A stretch of 64,000 nucleotides of DNA from Burkholderiales bacterium. Its GTDB lineage: Bacteria; Pseudomonadota; Gammaproteobacteria; Burkholderiales; SG8-39. Location: assembly GCA_046347635.1 (NCBI GenBank), contig JAXMFT010000001.1, forward strand, positions 4,658 through 68,657. The letters are read 5' to 3'. The translations under genes and the position numbers were made by a program. This document shows positions 47,093 through 55,577 of the stretch, piece by piece. Positions within the stretch are counted from its first letter, which is position 1. Each line of letters starts with the position of its first letter. The notes beneath the pieces were generated by a model. The model made no database searches. It saw only the letters and a program-made list of their open reading frames with translations, and was not told where the DNA came from.

Positions 47093-49651
47093 TCAGAGCG
47101 AGATGTCGACGTCGCGCTGGCGCGCACCGGCCCCGCTCACGCACTGCCGCAGCGCCTGGGCGAACGCCTCGCCGGTCTGGAACCGCGCGTCGGCGTCCTT
47201 CGCCATCGCGCGCTCGAGGAACGCCGCGAGCGCCGGCGGCACGGCGGGGTTGCGCCGCAGGATGTCCGGCGCCGGCTCGTTCGCGATCCTGAACATGAGC
47301 TGGGCCATCGACTCGCCCTCGAACGGGAGGTGCCCGCACAGCAGCTGGTACAGGCTGGCGGCGAGCGAGAAGAGGTCCGAGCGCCCGTCGATCTTCTTCC
47401 CGGCGAGCTGCTCGGGCGACATGTAGGAGGGGGTGCCGAGCACCATGCCGGTCTTGGTCTTGGACGCGTCGGTGATGCGCGCGATGCCGAAGTCGGTCAC
47501 CTTCACGGTGTCGGACTGCGGCTCGTACATGATGTTCGCCGGCTTCACGTCGCGGTGGACGACGTTCTGCCGGTGCGCGTAGCCGAGCGCCTCGGCCACG
47601 CGCGCGACGATCGACACCACCCGGTCGGGCGGCAGCAGGGCGCCCGGCTTGGTGTACGGCGCGAGGTCCCGTCCCTGCAGGAACTCCATCGCGATGTAGG
47701 CGAGGTCGTGCTCCTCCCCGGCGTCGAAGATCGTCACGATGTTGGGGTGGTTGAGGCGCCCGGCGGTCTCGGCCTCGCGGAAGAAGCGCGCCTTCACGTC
47801 GGCCAGCTCGTCGGCCTCGAACTCCTGCGCGAGCGCCATGGTCTTGATCGCCACCACGCGCCCGATCTTCGGGTCCTTGCCCTGGTACACCACGCCCATC
47901 GCGCCCTTGCCGAGCTCCTTCTCGACCTGGTAGCGGCCGAGCATCGGCTTCTCGACCGCGTCGGCGGTGAGGATGCTCGTGTTGGTGCGCGCGGCGCCGC
48001 CGCCGAGGATGACGGTCTCCGAGAGCTGCTTCGCGCGCGCGACCTTCTGGCCGACGTCGCGGTACTTGGGGTTGCGCTCGGCGACGTAGCGGAAGACGTT
48101 CTCCGCCTTGTTGAACTGGCGCTTGCGCTCGAAGTCGAGCGCGAGGTTGTACAGGTTGTCGAGCAGCGTGTCGTCGACCGGGCACTTGCGGAAGTAGTCG
48201 AACGCCATGTCGAGCTGCCCCTGGCCCTGGAACGCGAGCCCGAGCATGCGGTTGGACGCGGCCGACTCGGCCTCGGACTTCTCCTTGCCCTCCTCGGTGA
48301 CGAGGAAGCGCTTGGTGGTGAGGGCCACGTGGCCGAGCACGAGCAGGACCGCCGGCAGCATGAGCTGGAGCCACAGGCCCTTGCCCGCCATGAGCGCAAA
48401 GTGCGTCCCGACGATCGCCGCCAGCAGCAGCGCGGTGACCGCCGCGCCCATCCCGGCCTTCAGGCGCGGCAGGGCGGCGATCAGGTAGAGCGCGACCAGC
48501 AGGTAGACGCCGTACTCCGCCCAGACCGCCCAGGCCGGAACGACGAAGAAATGCTCCTGCAGGATCGAGGACACCGAGTGCGCGAGCGTGAGCACCGGGG
48601 CCATCGCGGGCGAGACCGGCGTGACCGACGCGGTGCCCAGCCCGGGGGCGGTGGGGCCCACCAGGACGATCTTGTCCTTGTAGCGGTCGGCCGGGATCTT
48701 CCCGGAGTACACGTCGAAGAACGAATCGACCGGGAAGGCCGGCCGGCCGTCCCGGTCCTTGTAGAAGTACGTGTACATCTGCAGCCGCGGATCGGTGGTG
48801 ATGCGCAGGTTCGCGAGGCTCACGCCTTCGCCGAGCGCGACCTTGATGTCGCCCGGCCCGAGGTTGAGACTGCGGGCCGCGATCAGCATCGACAGCGACG
48901 GATAGAGCTGGTCGAAGTGCGCGAGGACGAGCGGCTCGGAGCGGATCCCGCCGTCCACGTCGACGCGCGCGTTGAGGTGCCCGACGCCGGCGGTGGCGCG
49001 GCCGAGCGCGTCGACCGGGAACACGACGTCGGCCGCGGTCGTGAACGGCGTCTCCGCCCCGTCCCCCTGGACGTTCGCGAGGGCGTTGCGGGTGACGAAG
49101 TCGGGCAGCGGCCGGTCCGGCTTGCCGCGCGCCTCGCCGAGCGAGAACAGCATCGGCAGCAGCACGTTGCCGGCCTTGGCATAGCTCGCGGCGAGCTTGC
49201 GGTCGGTGTCGAGGGCGCCTTCGGCCTCCTGGAGCAGCGCGCCCATCTGCGCGAGCGGAGAGCCGGGTTCGGCCGCGGCGGCGGGGTCGGCCAGGAGCTT
49301 GCGGTACTCGCCGTCGAGCTTGCGGATGTACGCGAGTCCGGGGTCGATCTGGGGCTCGGTGAAGAACACGAGGTTGCCGACCACCTTGGCCCTGCCGGCG
49401 GTCAGGGTCTCGGTCAGCCGCGCGTGGACGTCGCGCGACCAGGGCCAGCGCCCGATGTTGCGCAGGCTCGCCTCGTCGATCGCGATCACCGCGATGCGGT
49501 CGGAGGGCGTCCGGTCGGTCGCGCGCACGCCCATGTCGTAGGCCTTGCGCTCGAGGCTCTGGATGAGATCGGAACCGGCGAGAAAGAGCAGCCCCACGGC
49601 CAGAACGAGGCCGAGCAGCCAGTCCCTTTTCCAGAATCCCGCCTTGCTCAC
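47093..49651 (-). CDS. CHASE2 sensor - TM - TPR-like - Hanks-type Ser/Thr protein kinase
   Basis: N-terminal CHASE2 (..IAIDEASL..GRWPWSRD..), TM helices, C-terminal kinase (GKGAMGVVY, HRDVKPANIM, DFGIAR, GTPSYMSPE). Confidence 0.9.
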   Translation of the reverse strand: MSKAGFWKRDWLLGLVLAVGLLFLAGSDLIQSLERKAYDMGVRATDRTPSDRIAVIAIDEASLRNIGRWPWSRDVHARLTETLTAGRAKVVGNLVFFTEPQIDPGLAYIRKLDGEYRKLLADPAAAAEPGSPLAQMGALLQEAEGALDTDRKLAASYAKAGNVLLPMLFSLGEARGKPDRPLPDFVTRNALANVQGDGAETPFTTAADVVFPVDALGRATAGVGHLNARVDVDGGIRSEPLVLAHFDQLYPSLSMLIAARSLNLGPGDIKVALGEGVSLANLRITTDPRLQMYTYFYKDRDGRPAFPVDSFFDVYSGKIPADRYKDKIVLVGPTAPGLGTASVTPVSPAMAPVLTLAHSVSSILQEHFFVVPAWAVWAEYGVYLLVALYLIAALPRLKAGMGAAVTALLLAAIVGTHFALMAGKGLWLQLMLPAVLLVLGHVALTTKRFLVTEEGKEKSEAESAASNRMLGLAFQGQGQLDMAFDYFRKCPVDDTLLDNLYNLALDFERKRQFNKAENVFRYVAERNPKYRDVGQKVARAKQLSETVILGGGAARTNTSILTADAVEKPMLGRYQVEKELGKGAMGVVYQGKDPKIGRVVAIKTMALAQEFEADELADVKARFFREAETAGRLNHPNIVTIFDAGEEHDLAYIAMEFLQGRDLAPYTKPGALLPPDRVVSIVARVAEALGYAHRQNVVHRDVKPANIMYEPQSDTVKVTDFGIARITDASKTKTGMVLGTPSYMSPEQLAGKKIDGRSDLFSLAASLYQLLCGHLPFEGESMAQLMFRIANEPAPDILRRNPAVPPALAAFLERAMAKDADARFQTGEAFAQALRQCVSGAGARQRDVDISL

Positions 49652-49829
49652 CGCCCTAGGTCTCCCCGGCGTTGTTCTCGTTGTCTACGCGTTACGGGGC
49701 GCGTCGTGTGAGCTCGCGCGGTCGCGCGGCGGCAATTTCGCCCGCTTGGCGGCGCGCCGCAATCCTTTGCGGCGCGGGAAAACCCCCGCCTATCCCCTAA
49801 GTTCCTGTAGAAACAGGAGCATAATTGCC

Positions 49830-49859
49830 ATTCTTACAGTCGGGTATGAAATTAGTCAA
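49830..49859 (-). promoter_or_regulatory. Weak sigma-70-like promoter candidate upstream of the kinase operon
   Basis: The minus strand reads TTGACT-N17-TAAGAAT inside the only AT-rich patch of the 324-nt intergenic region. A CCTGT-AGAA-ACAGG palindrome is adjacent. Confidence 0.25.
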
Positions 49860-49975
49860 ATTCTCTGCCGACTTACCGTCACTGCCGCCCCCCGAACGAC
49901 CCCGATCGGCCCCCCCGGAAGCGACGACGGCGAGCGCGCGGCTCGCCGTCCCCGTCTCCACCGCGCCGGCTCGGC

Positions 49976-50908
49976 TCAGGTCCCGAGCAGCGTCCCGACG
50001 GTCAGTCCGAGCGCGGCGGCGAGCTCCGCGCCGCCGATCTTCCGGGTCTCCTCCCCCTTCGCCTTGAGCACCTCGATCCGCCCGCCCTGGGCGGTGACGA
50101 AGAAGCTCGCGCCCGTCACCTCGGACACCTCGCCGATCTTGCCCTTGACCGCGCCGAACGTGCGAAACGGGTGCTTCCGGGCGTCGAAGAGCTGGATCTT
50201 CCGGCCGTTCAGCGTCGTCCAGGCACCCGGGGCGGGATTCGCCGCCCGGATCGTGTTGTAGACGACGTCGGCGTGGTTCGCCCAGTTGATGCGGGCCTCC
50301 GCCGCGCGGAACCAGCCCTCGTACGTCGCCTGCGACTCGTCCTGAACGACCTCGCGGTGCCTGCCCGCGTACACCAGGTCGGCCGCCTCCAGCATCGCCT
50401 GGACGCCCAGCGGGAAGAGGCGGTCGAAGTACACGCTCCCGATGGTGTCGTCCGGGCCGATCGGCGTGTCCTTCTGGAGGATCACCGGCCCCTCGTCCAG
50501 GCCGTCGGTCGGGCGGAAGATGGTGAGCCCGGTCTTGGTGTCCCCGCGCGCGATCGGCCAGTTGATCGAGCTCGGCCCGCGGTACCGCGGCAGCAGCGAC
50601 GGGTGGTACTGGATCGTGCCGAGGCGCGGGATGTTGACGAAGTCCTGCGGCGCGAACTGCAGGACGTACGCCATGATCCCCAGGTCGACCTTCAGGTCGC
50701 GCAGCGCCGCGTGCGCCTCGGGCGCGCGCAGGGATTGGAACTGGAAGACCTTCAGGCCCTTCTCCTGCGCCGCCGCCTTCAGCGGGTCGGCCTTCGCGCC
50801 GTCCTTCTCGGGCGCGCAGAACACCCCGGCGACCTCGTCCTTGCGCGCGAGAAACGCCTCCAGGACGGCCTTCCCGAAATCCTGCTGACCGATGATGGCG
50901 ACCTTCAT
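49976..50908 (-). CDS. Formyltransferase-family protein (Fmt/PurN-like N-domain plus Fmt C-like domain)
   Basis: ATG 50908 overlaps the frc TGA by 1 nt. MKVAIIGQQDFG.., ..IQYHPSLLPRYRGPSSINW.. is the formyltransferase core. Confidence 0.75.
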   Translation of the reverse strand: MKVAIIGQQDFGKAVLEAFLARKDEVAGVFCAPEKDGAKADPLKAAAQEKGLKVFQFQSLRAPEAHAALRDLKVDLGIMAYVLQFAPQDFVNIPRLGTIQYHPSLLPRYRGPSSINWPIARGDTKTGLTIFRPTDGLDEGPVILQKDTPIGPDDTIGSVYFDRLFPLGVQAMLEAADLVYAGRHREVVQDESQATYEGWFRAAEARINWANHADVVYNTIRAANPAPGAWTTLNGRKIQLFDARKHPFRTFGAVKGKIGEVSEVTGASFFVTAQGGRIEVLKAKGEETRKIGGAELAAALGLTVGTLLGT

Positions 50909-52179
50909 CACGCGCCCTTCTTCGGCGGGGCGCTGAACGCGCCGGCGGCCTTGAGCGCGCTCGCCTTCGCCTCGTCGTAGCCGAGCACCTCCTTCAGGAT
51001 CTCGTCGGTGTGCTCGCCGAGCGTCGGCGAGCGCCTGATCAGCGCGGGCGAGGCGGAGAGCTTGATCGGCATGCCGACGTTGAACCACTTGCCGCGCTGC
51101 GGATGGTCGAGCTCGACCCACATGTCGCGGCCGCGCACGTGCTCGTCGTTCGCCAGGTCCTCGGTCGACATGATCGGCCCGCACGGCACGTCGAGCGAGT
51201 TGAGGATCGCCATCAGCTCGCGCTTGGTGTAGTTCTCCGCGAACTTGTTGATGAGGGTCCACATCAGCGCCTGGTTCTTGCGCCGCTCGCCGATGGTGGC
51301 GAAGCGCGCGTCCGCGGCGAGGTCCGGAACGTGCACGTCCGGCCCGATGCGCTTGGCGAGCGCCTCCCAGACCGCCTCCTGCACGACGATGTACAGCCAG
51401 TCGTTGGCGCCGTGCGGCTTGCAGTGGATGGCGTTGCCGAGCTGACCGCCGCCCGAATCGTTGCCGGCGCGCGGCACCTCGCCCATGTCCTTGTAGGTCG
51501 GCACCGAGTACTCGGGCAGGTCGCCGCGCGTCAGGCGCTGGTGGTCGCGGAACTTGACGCGGCACAGGTTCATCACGCCGTCCATCATCGCCACCTCGAC
51601 GTACTGGCCCCGGCCGGTGCGCTCCGCCTGGCGCAGCGCCGCGAGCAGCCCGATCGCCAGGTGCAGCCCGGTGCCGGAGTCGCCGATCTGCGCGCCGGTG
51701 ACGAACGGCGGGCCGTCGGGCACCCCGGTGGTGCTCATCGCCCCGCCCATCGCCTGCGCGACGTTCTCGTAGGCCTTGAAGTCGGCGTAGGGCCCGCTCG
51801 AGCCGAACCCCTTGATCGAGCCCATCACGATCTTCGGGTTGATGGCGTGGATCTTCTCCCAGCTGAAGCCGAAGCGGTCGAGCACGCCGGGGCCGAAGTT
51901 CTCCATGATGATGTCGCACTTCTGCAGCAGGTCGACGAACACCTGCTTGCCCTCGGCGCTCTTCATGTTCACCGTGATCGAGCGCTTGTTGCAGTTCAGC
52001 ATCGTGAAGTACAGGCTGTCGGCCTTGGGCACGTCGCGCAGCTGGCCGCGCGTCGCGTCGCCGGCGGGGTTCTCGAACTTGATCACGTCCGCGCCCATCC
52101 ACGCGAGCAGCTGCGAGCAGGTCGGGCCCGCCTGCACGTGGGTCATGTCGAGGATGCGTACGCCTTTCAGGGCTTCCAT
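50908..52179 (-). CDS. frc: Formyl-CoA:oxalate CoA-transferase
   Basis: Aligns by eye along its whole length with Oxalobacter Frc (..LDMTHVQAGP..SLYFTMLNCNKRSI..YENVAQAMGG..). Confidence 0.9.
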   Translation of the reverse strand: MEALKGVRILDMTHVQAGPTCSQLLAWMGADVIKFENPAGDATRGQLRDVPKADSLYFTMLNCNKRSITVNMKSAEGKQVFVDLLQKCDIIMENFGPGVLDRFGFSWEKIHAINPKIVMGSIKGFGSSGPYADFKAYENVAQAMGGAMSTTGVPDGPPFVTGAQIGDSGTGLHLAIGLLAALRQAERTGRGQYVEVAMMDGVMNLCRVKFRDHQRLTRGDLPEYSVPTYKDMGEVPRAGNDSGGGQLGNAIHCKPHGANDWLYIVVQEAVWEALAKRIGPDVHVPDLAADARFATIGERRKNQALMWTLINKFAENYTKRELMAILNSLDVPCGPIMSTEDLANDEHVRGRDMWVELDHPQRGKWFNVGMPIKLSASPALIRRSPTLGEHTDEILKEVLGYDEAKASALKAAGAFSAPPKKGA

Positions 52180-52203
52180 GCCGTTCTCCGCTGCTGCGTG
52201 CCG

Positions 52204-53961
52204 CTACTTCTTCTTCGCGGTCGGGTTGAGGTTCGTGATGCGGCCGCTCTCGGTGCCGGCGGTCTCGTCGATCATGGCGTTGACCAGGGTCGGCCGGCGC
52301 GAGCGGATCGCCTCTTCCAGCGCGGCGCGCAGCTCGGCAGGGGTGGTCGCGCGCACGCCCACGCCGCCGAAGGCCTCCATCAGCTTCTCGTAGCGCGCGT
52401 CCTTCACGAACACGAGCGGCGCGGGGTCGCGGCCGCCGGTCGGGTTCGTCTCGTCGCCGCGGTAGACGCCGTTGTTGTTGAGGATCACCACGCACACCGG
52501 CAGGTCGTAGCGGCAGATCGTCTCGACCTCCATGCCGGAGAAGCCGAAGGCGCTGTCGCCCTCGACCGCGATCACCGGCTTGCCGCTCACCACCGCCGCC
52601 GCGATCGAGTAGCCCATGCCGACGCCCATCACGCCCCAGGTCCCCACGTCCAGGCGCTTGCGCGGCTGGTACATGTCGACGATGCTGCGGGTGAAGTCGA
52701 GCGCGTTGGCGCCCTCGTTCACCAGGCACAGGTCGGGGTTCGCCCGGACGATGTCGCGCACCACGTTGAGCGCGCTGTGGTAGTTCATCGGCGCCGGGTT
52801 CCTGGCCAGGGTCTCGGCCATCTTCGCGACGTTCCTGCTCTTGCGCTCGGCGACGGCGGCGAGCCACTCCGCCGGCGGCTTCGCCCAGCCCGCGCCCATG
52901 CCCGCGAGCAGCGCCGCGACGCAGGAGCCGATGTCGCCGACCACCGGCGCGTCGATGCGGACGTTGCTGTCCGCCTCCTGCGGCGAGATGTCGACCTGGA
53001 CGAACTTCTGGCCGCCCCAGGCCTTCGCGTCCTTTCCGCCCCAGGTCTTGCCCTTGCCGTGCGAGAGGAGCCAGTTCAGCCGCGCCCCGATGATCATCAC
53101 CACGTCGGCCTCGGGCAGCACGAAGGAGCGGGCGGCCGAGGCGCACAGCTCGTGCGTGTCGGGCAGCAGGCCCTTGGCCATCGACATCGGCAGGTAGGGG
53201 ATGCCGGTGCGCTCGACGAGCGCGCGGATGTCGGCGTCGGCCTGGGCGTAGGCGGCGCCCTTGCCCAAGAGGATGAGCGGCCGCTTGGCGCCCTTCAGCA
53301 GGTCGAGCGCGCGCTTCACCGCGTCCGGGGCCGGAATCTGGCGCGGCGCGGGGTCGACCACCTTGATGAGCGAGTTCCTCCCCATCGCCGCGTCGATCGC
53401 CTGCGGAAGGAGCTTCGCCGGCAGGTCGAGGTAGACGCCGCCGGGGCGGCCGGACACCGCCGCGCGGATGGCGCGCGCGAAGCCCACCCCGATGTCCTCG
53501 GCGTGCAGCACGCGGAACGCGGCCTTGGCGAGCGGCTTGGCGATCGCGAGCTGGTCCATCTCCTCGTAGTCGCCCTGCTGCAGGTCGACGACCTCGCGTT
53601 CGCTCGAGCCGCTGACCAGGATCATCGGGAAGCAGTTCGTGGTGGCGTGCGCGAGCGCGGTCAGCCCGTTGAGGAAGCCGGGCGCGGACACGGTCAGGCA
53701 GATGCCCGGCTTGCCGGTCATGAAGCCGGCGATCGAGGCGGCGTAGCCCGCGTTCTGCTCGTGCCGGAACGCGATCACGCGCAGGCCGGCGGCCTGCGAC
53801 TTGCGGATGAGGTCGGTGACCGGGATGCCGGGCAGGCAGTAGATCGTGTCGATGCCGTTCAGCTTGAGTGCGTCGATGACCAGGCCGAAGCCGTCGGTCG
53901 ACTGCGCCTGCGCTCCGGCGGCGGCGCCGCCGGCGGCCACTTGAGGTTCGACGGTGCCCAT
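52204..53961 (-). CDS. oxc: Oxalyl-CoA decarboxylase (ThDP-dependent)
   Basis: ATG 53961 after GGGAGA. ..[47 protein letters not shown].. closely matches Oxc. Confidence 0.9.
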   Translation of the reverse strand: MGTVEPQVAAGGAAAGAQAQSTDGFGLVIDALKLNGIDTIYCLPGIPVTDLIRKSQAAGLRVIAFRHEQNAGYAASIAGFMTGKPGICLTVSAPGFLNGLTALAHATTNCFPMILVSGSSEREVVDLQQGDYEEMDQLAIAKPLAKAAFRVLHAEDIGVGFARAIRAAVSGRPGGVYLDLPAKLLPQAIDAAMGRNSLIKVVDPAPRQIPAPDAVKRALDLLKGAKRPLILLGKGAAYAQADADIRALVERTGIPYLPMSMAKGLLPDTHELCASAARSFVLPEADVVMIIGARLNWLLSHGKGKTWGGKDAKAWGGQKFVQVDISPQEADSNVRIDAPVVGDIGSCVAALLAGMGAGWAKPPAEWLAAVAERKSRNVAKMAETLARNPAPMNYHSALNVVRDIVRANPDLCLVNEGANALDFTRSIVDMYQPRKRLDVGTWGVMGVGMGYSIAAAVVSGKPVIAVEGDSAFGFSGMEVETICRYDLPVCVVILNNNGVYRGDETNPTGGRDPAPLVFVKDARYEKLMEAFGGVGVRATTPAELRAALEEAIRSRRPTLVNAMIDETAGTESGRITNLNPTAKKK

Positions 53962-54017
53962 CGCGGTCTCCCTCGGAAAGAGGCGCAAATCATAGTGAGC
54001 GGCGCCCGCGCGCAGCC

Positions 54018-54031
54018 TTGACTGCGGTCAA
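54018..54031. promoter_or_regulatory. Perfect Crp/Fnr-type box TTGAC-TGCG-GTCAA in the oxc / regulator divergent region
   Basis: 14-bp perfect palindrome. It lies 23 nt from a TATGAT -10 on the oxc side (53989-53994) and 5 nt from a TAGAAT -10 on the regulator side (54037-54042). Confidence 0.6.
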
Positions 54032-54051
54032 GGGTCTAGAATCCGCCTCGC

Positions 54052-54666
54052 GTGACCTCGCTCGCCACCCACCCGCAGCGCAACAGCCTCAAGCTGCTGC
54101 TGCGCCGTAACCGGATCCTGCAGGGCATGTCGCCGGGACAGTGGTCGGACCTCGAGCCCCTGCTCGCGGTGACGGAATACCGCAAGGGCGAACTGCTCGT
54201 CCACCAGGGCTCCACCGAGATGGAGCAGTTCTTCGTCCTCGACGGCATCCTCAAGCGCGTGGTCGCCAGCCCCGAGGGCAAGGAGATGATCCTGCGCTTC
54301 GCCGCCGAGACCGACATGGACACGTCCTATGCCGCGTGGCGCCTGAAGACGCCGGTCCCGTACAGCATCGTGGCGGTGACCAAGACGGGCGTGGCGCGGC
54401 TCGCGCTGCCGCACTGGGTCGAGTTCCTCGAGCGCCACCCCGAGGTCAAGGCGCGGTTCGAATTCGAGGTGATGAAGCTGATGTCGGAAGTGATGGCGCA
54501 CACCATCACGCTGCACCTGCTGGACGCGCCCGGGCGGCTCGCGCGCTTCCGGCGCAAGCACCAGGACTACATCGGCCGCATCCCCAACAAGGAGCGCGCC
54601 TCCAACCGGGACCTCACGCCCGAGACGCTCTCGCGGCTCAAGCAGCGCGCGGCCGCCCGGGCCTAG
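54052..54666 (+). CDS. Crp/Fnr-family regulator (CNB domain plus short C-terminal HTH-like region)
   Basis: GTG 54052. CNB barrel (..LLVHQGSTEMEQFFVLDGILKRV..). Divergent from oxc. Confidence 0.7.
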   Translation: MTSLATHPQRNSLKLLLRRNRILQGMSPGQWSDLEPLLAVTEYRKGELLVHQGSTEMEQFFVLDGILKRVVASPEGKEMILRFAAETDMDTSYAAWRLKTPVPYSIVAVTKTGVARLALPHWVEFLERHPEVKARFEFEVMKLMSEVMAHTITLHLLDAPGRLARFRRKHQDYIGRIPNKERASNRDLTPETLSRLKQRAAARA

Positions 54667-54745
54667 GGCGCGCGCGCCGCGACGCCGCCGTGCGCGCTCG
54701 TCGCGCTGCGCGGCTGCGCGCCTTCCCGCAGCCCCGCGACGCCCG

Positions 54746-55561
54746 TCAGCGCCGCGGCCGGGTGAACGTCCGCAGCTCCGAGTGCACGTGCCCGACGCCC
54801 GGCACCGCGCGCGCGACCTGGGCCGCGGCCTTGCGCTCGGCCTCGTCGCGCACCATTCCGCGCAGCGTCACCCGGTCGCCGTCCGCGCTCACCGTGACCT
54901 CCACCTGCGCGGTGGGGTCGTTGGCCAGGAACGCCGCGCGCACGCGCGCCTCGAGCGCGAGGTTCGCGAGCTGCGCGCGCGAGGCGTCGGTCTCCTGGAA
55001 CTCGGGCCGGCGCGCGAGCGCGAGCACCTGCTCGACGCAGGACGCGATCGCGACGCGCTCGGTGTTGAGGGTGAGGTCGTAGAGCAGCGGGTCGCCCCAG
55101 CGCACGTGGAAGCGCGTCTGCATCGCCGCGGCGTGCGCCTCGTCGCTGCGCTGGATCTCTTCGCGGATGAATGCCTCGTCGTCGGTGTCGAGGCGCAGCA
55201 TCAGCGACCTCACCCGCGCCTCGAGCGGCGCGCACACGCGCACGCACGGGACGTGCGCCACCGGGCGCAGCAGCAGCGTCGAGCCCCAGCCGCGCACCAG
55301 GACGTTGCCCGCGAGCGCGACCTCGTACACCTCCTCCGCGGTGAACACGGCGATCTCGGCCTGCGAGGTCGACATGCGCTCGAGCATCGACGCCTTGCCC
55401 TCGCGCAGGCGCTGCAGCAGGCTCTTCTTCACCTGCATCTTGTCGGCGACGCGCTCGGCGAGCTCGTGCCCCACCGAGGCGATGCCGAGCGCCTGCGCGA
55501 GCCCCGCCGCGACCTCGGAGCCGCGGGTGCCGACTTCCATCGTCATTGCGATCACGGGCAT
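54746..55561 (-). CDS. Cytidylate-kinase-like P-loop family protein with a C-terminal BON domain
   Basis: 271-aa ORF 16 nt after tctA. The C-terminal ..VTVSADGDRVTLRGMVRDEAERKAAAQVARAVPGV.. is BON-like. Confidence 0.55.
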   Translation of the reverse strand: MPVIAMTMEVGTRGSEVAAGLAQALGIASVGHELAERVADKMQVKKSLLQRLREGKASMLERMSTSQAEIAVFTAEEVYEVALAGNVLVRGWGSTLLLRPVAHVPCVRVCAPLEARVRSLMLRLDTDDEAFIREEIQRSDEAHAAAMQTRFHVRWGDPLLYDLTLNTERVAIASCVEQVLALARRPEFQETDASRAQLANLALEARVRAAFLANDPTAQVEVTVSADGDRVTLRGMVRDEAERKAAAQVARAVPGVGHVHSELRTFTRPRR

Positions 55562-55577
55562 GGGCGCCTCCGGCGTC

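Noticed and set aside
49821-49836. Sigma-54 promoter upstream of the kinase operon (minus strand TGGCAATTATGCT).
   Set aside because: The GG-to-GC spacing is about 3 nt too short for a -24/-12 element.
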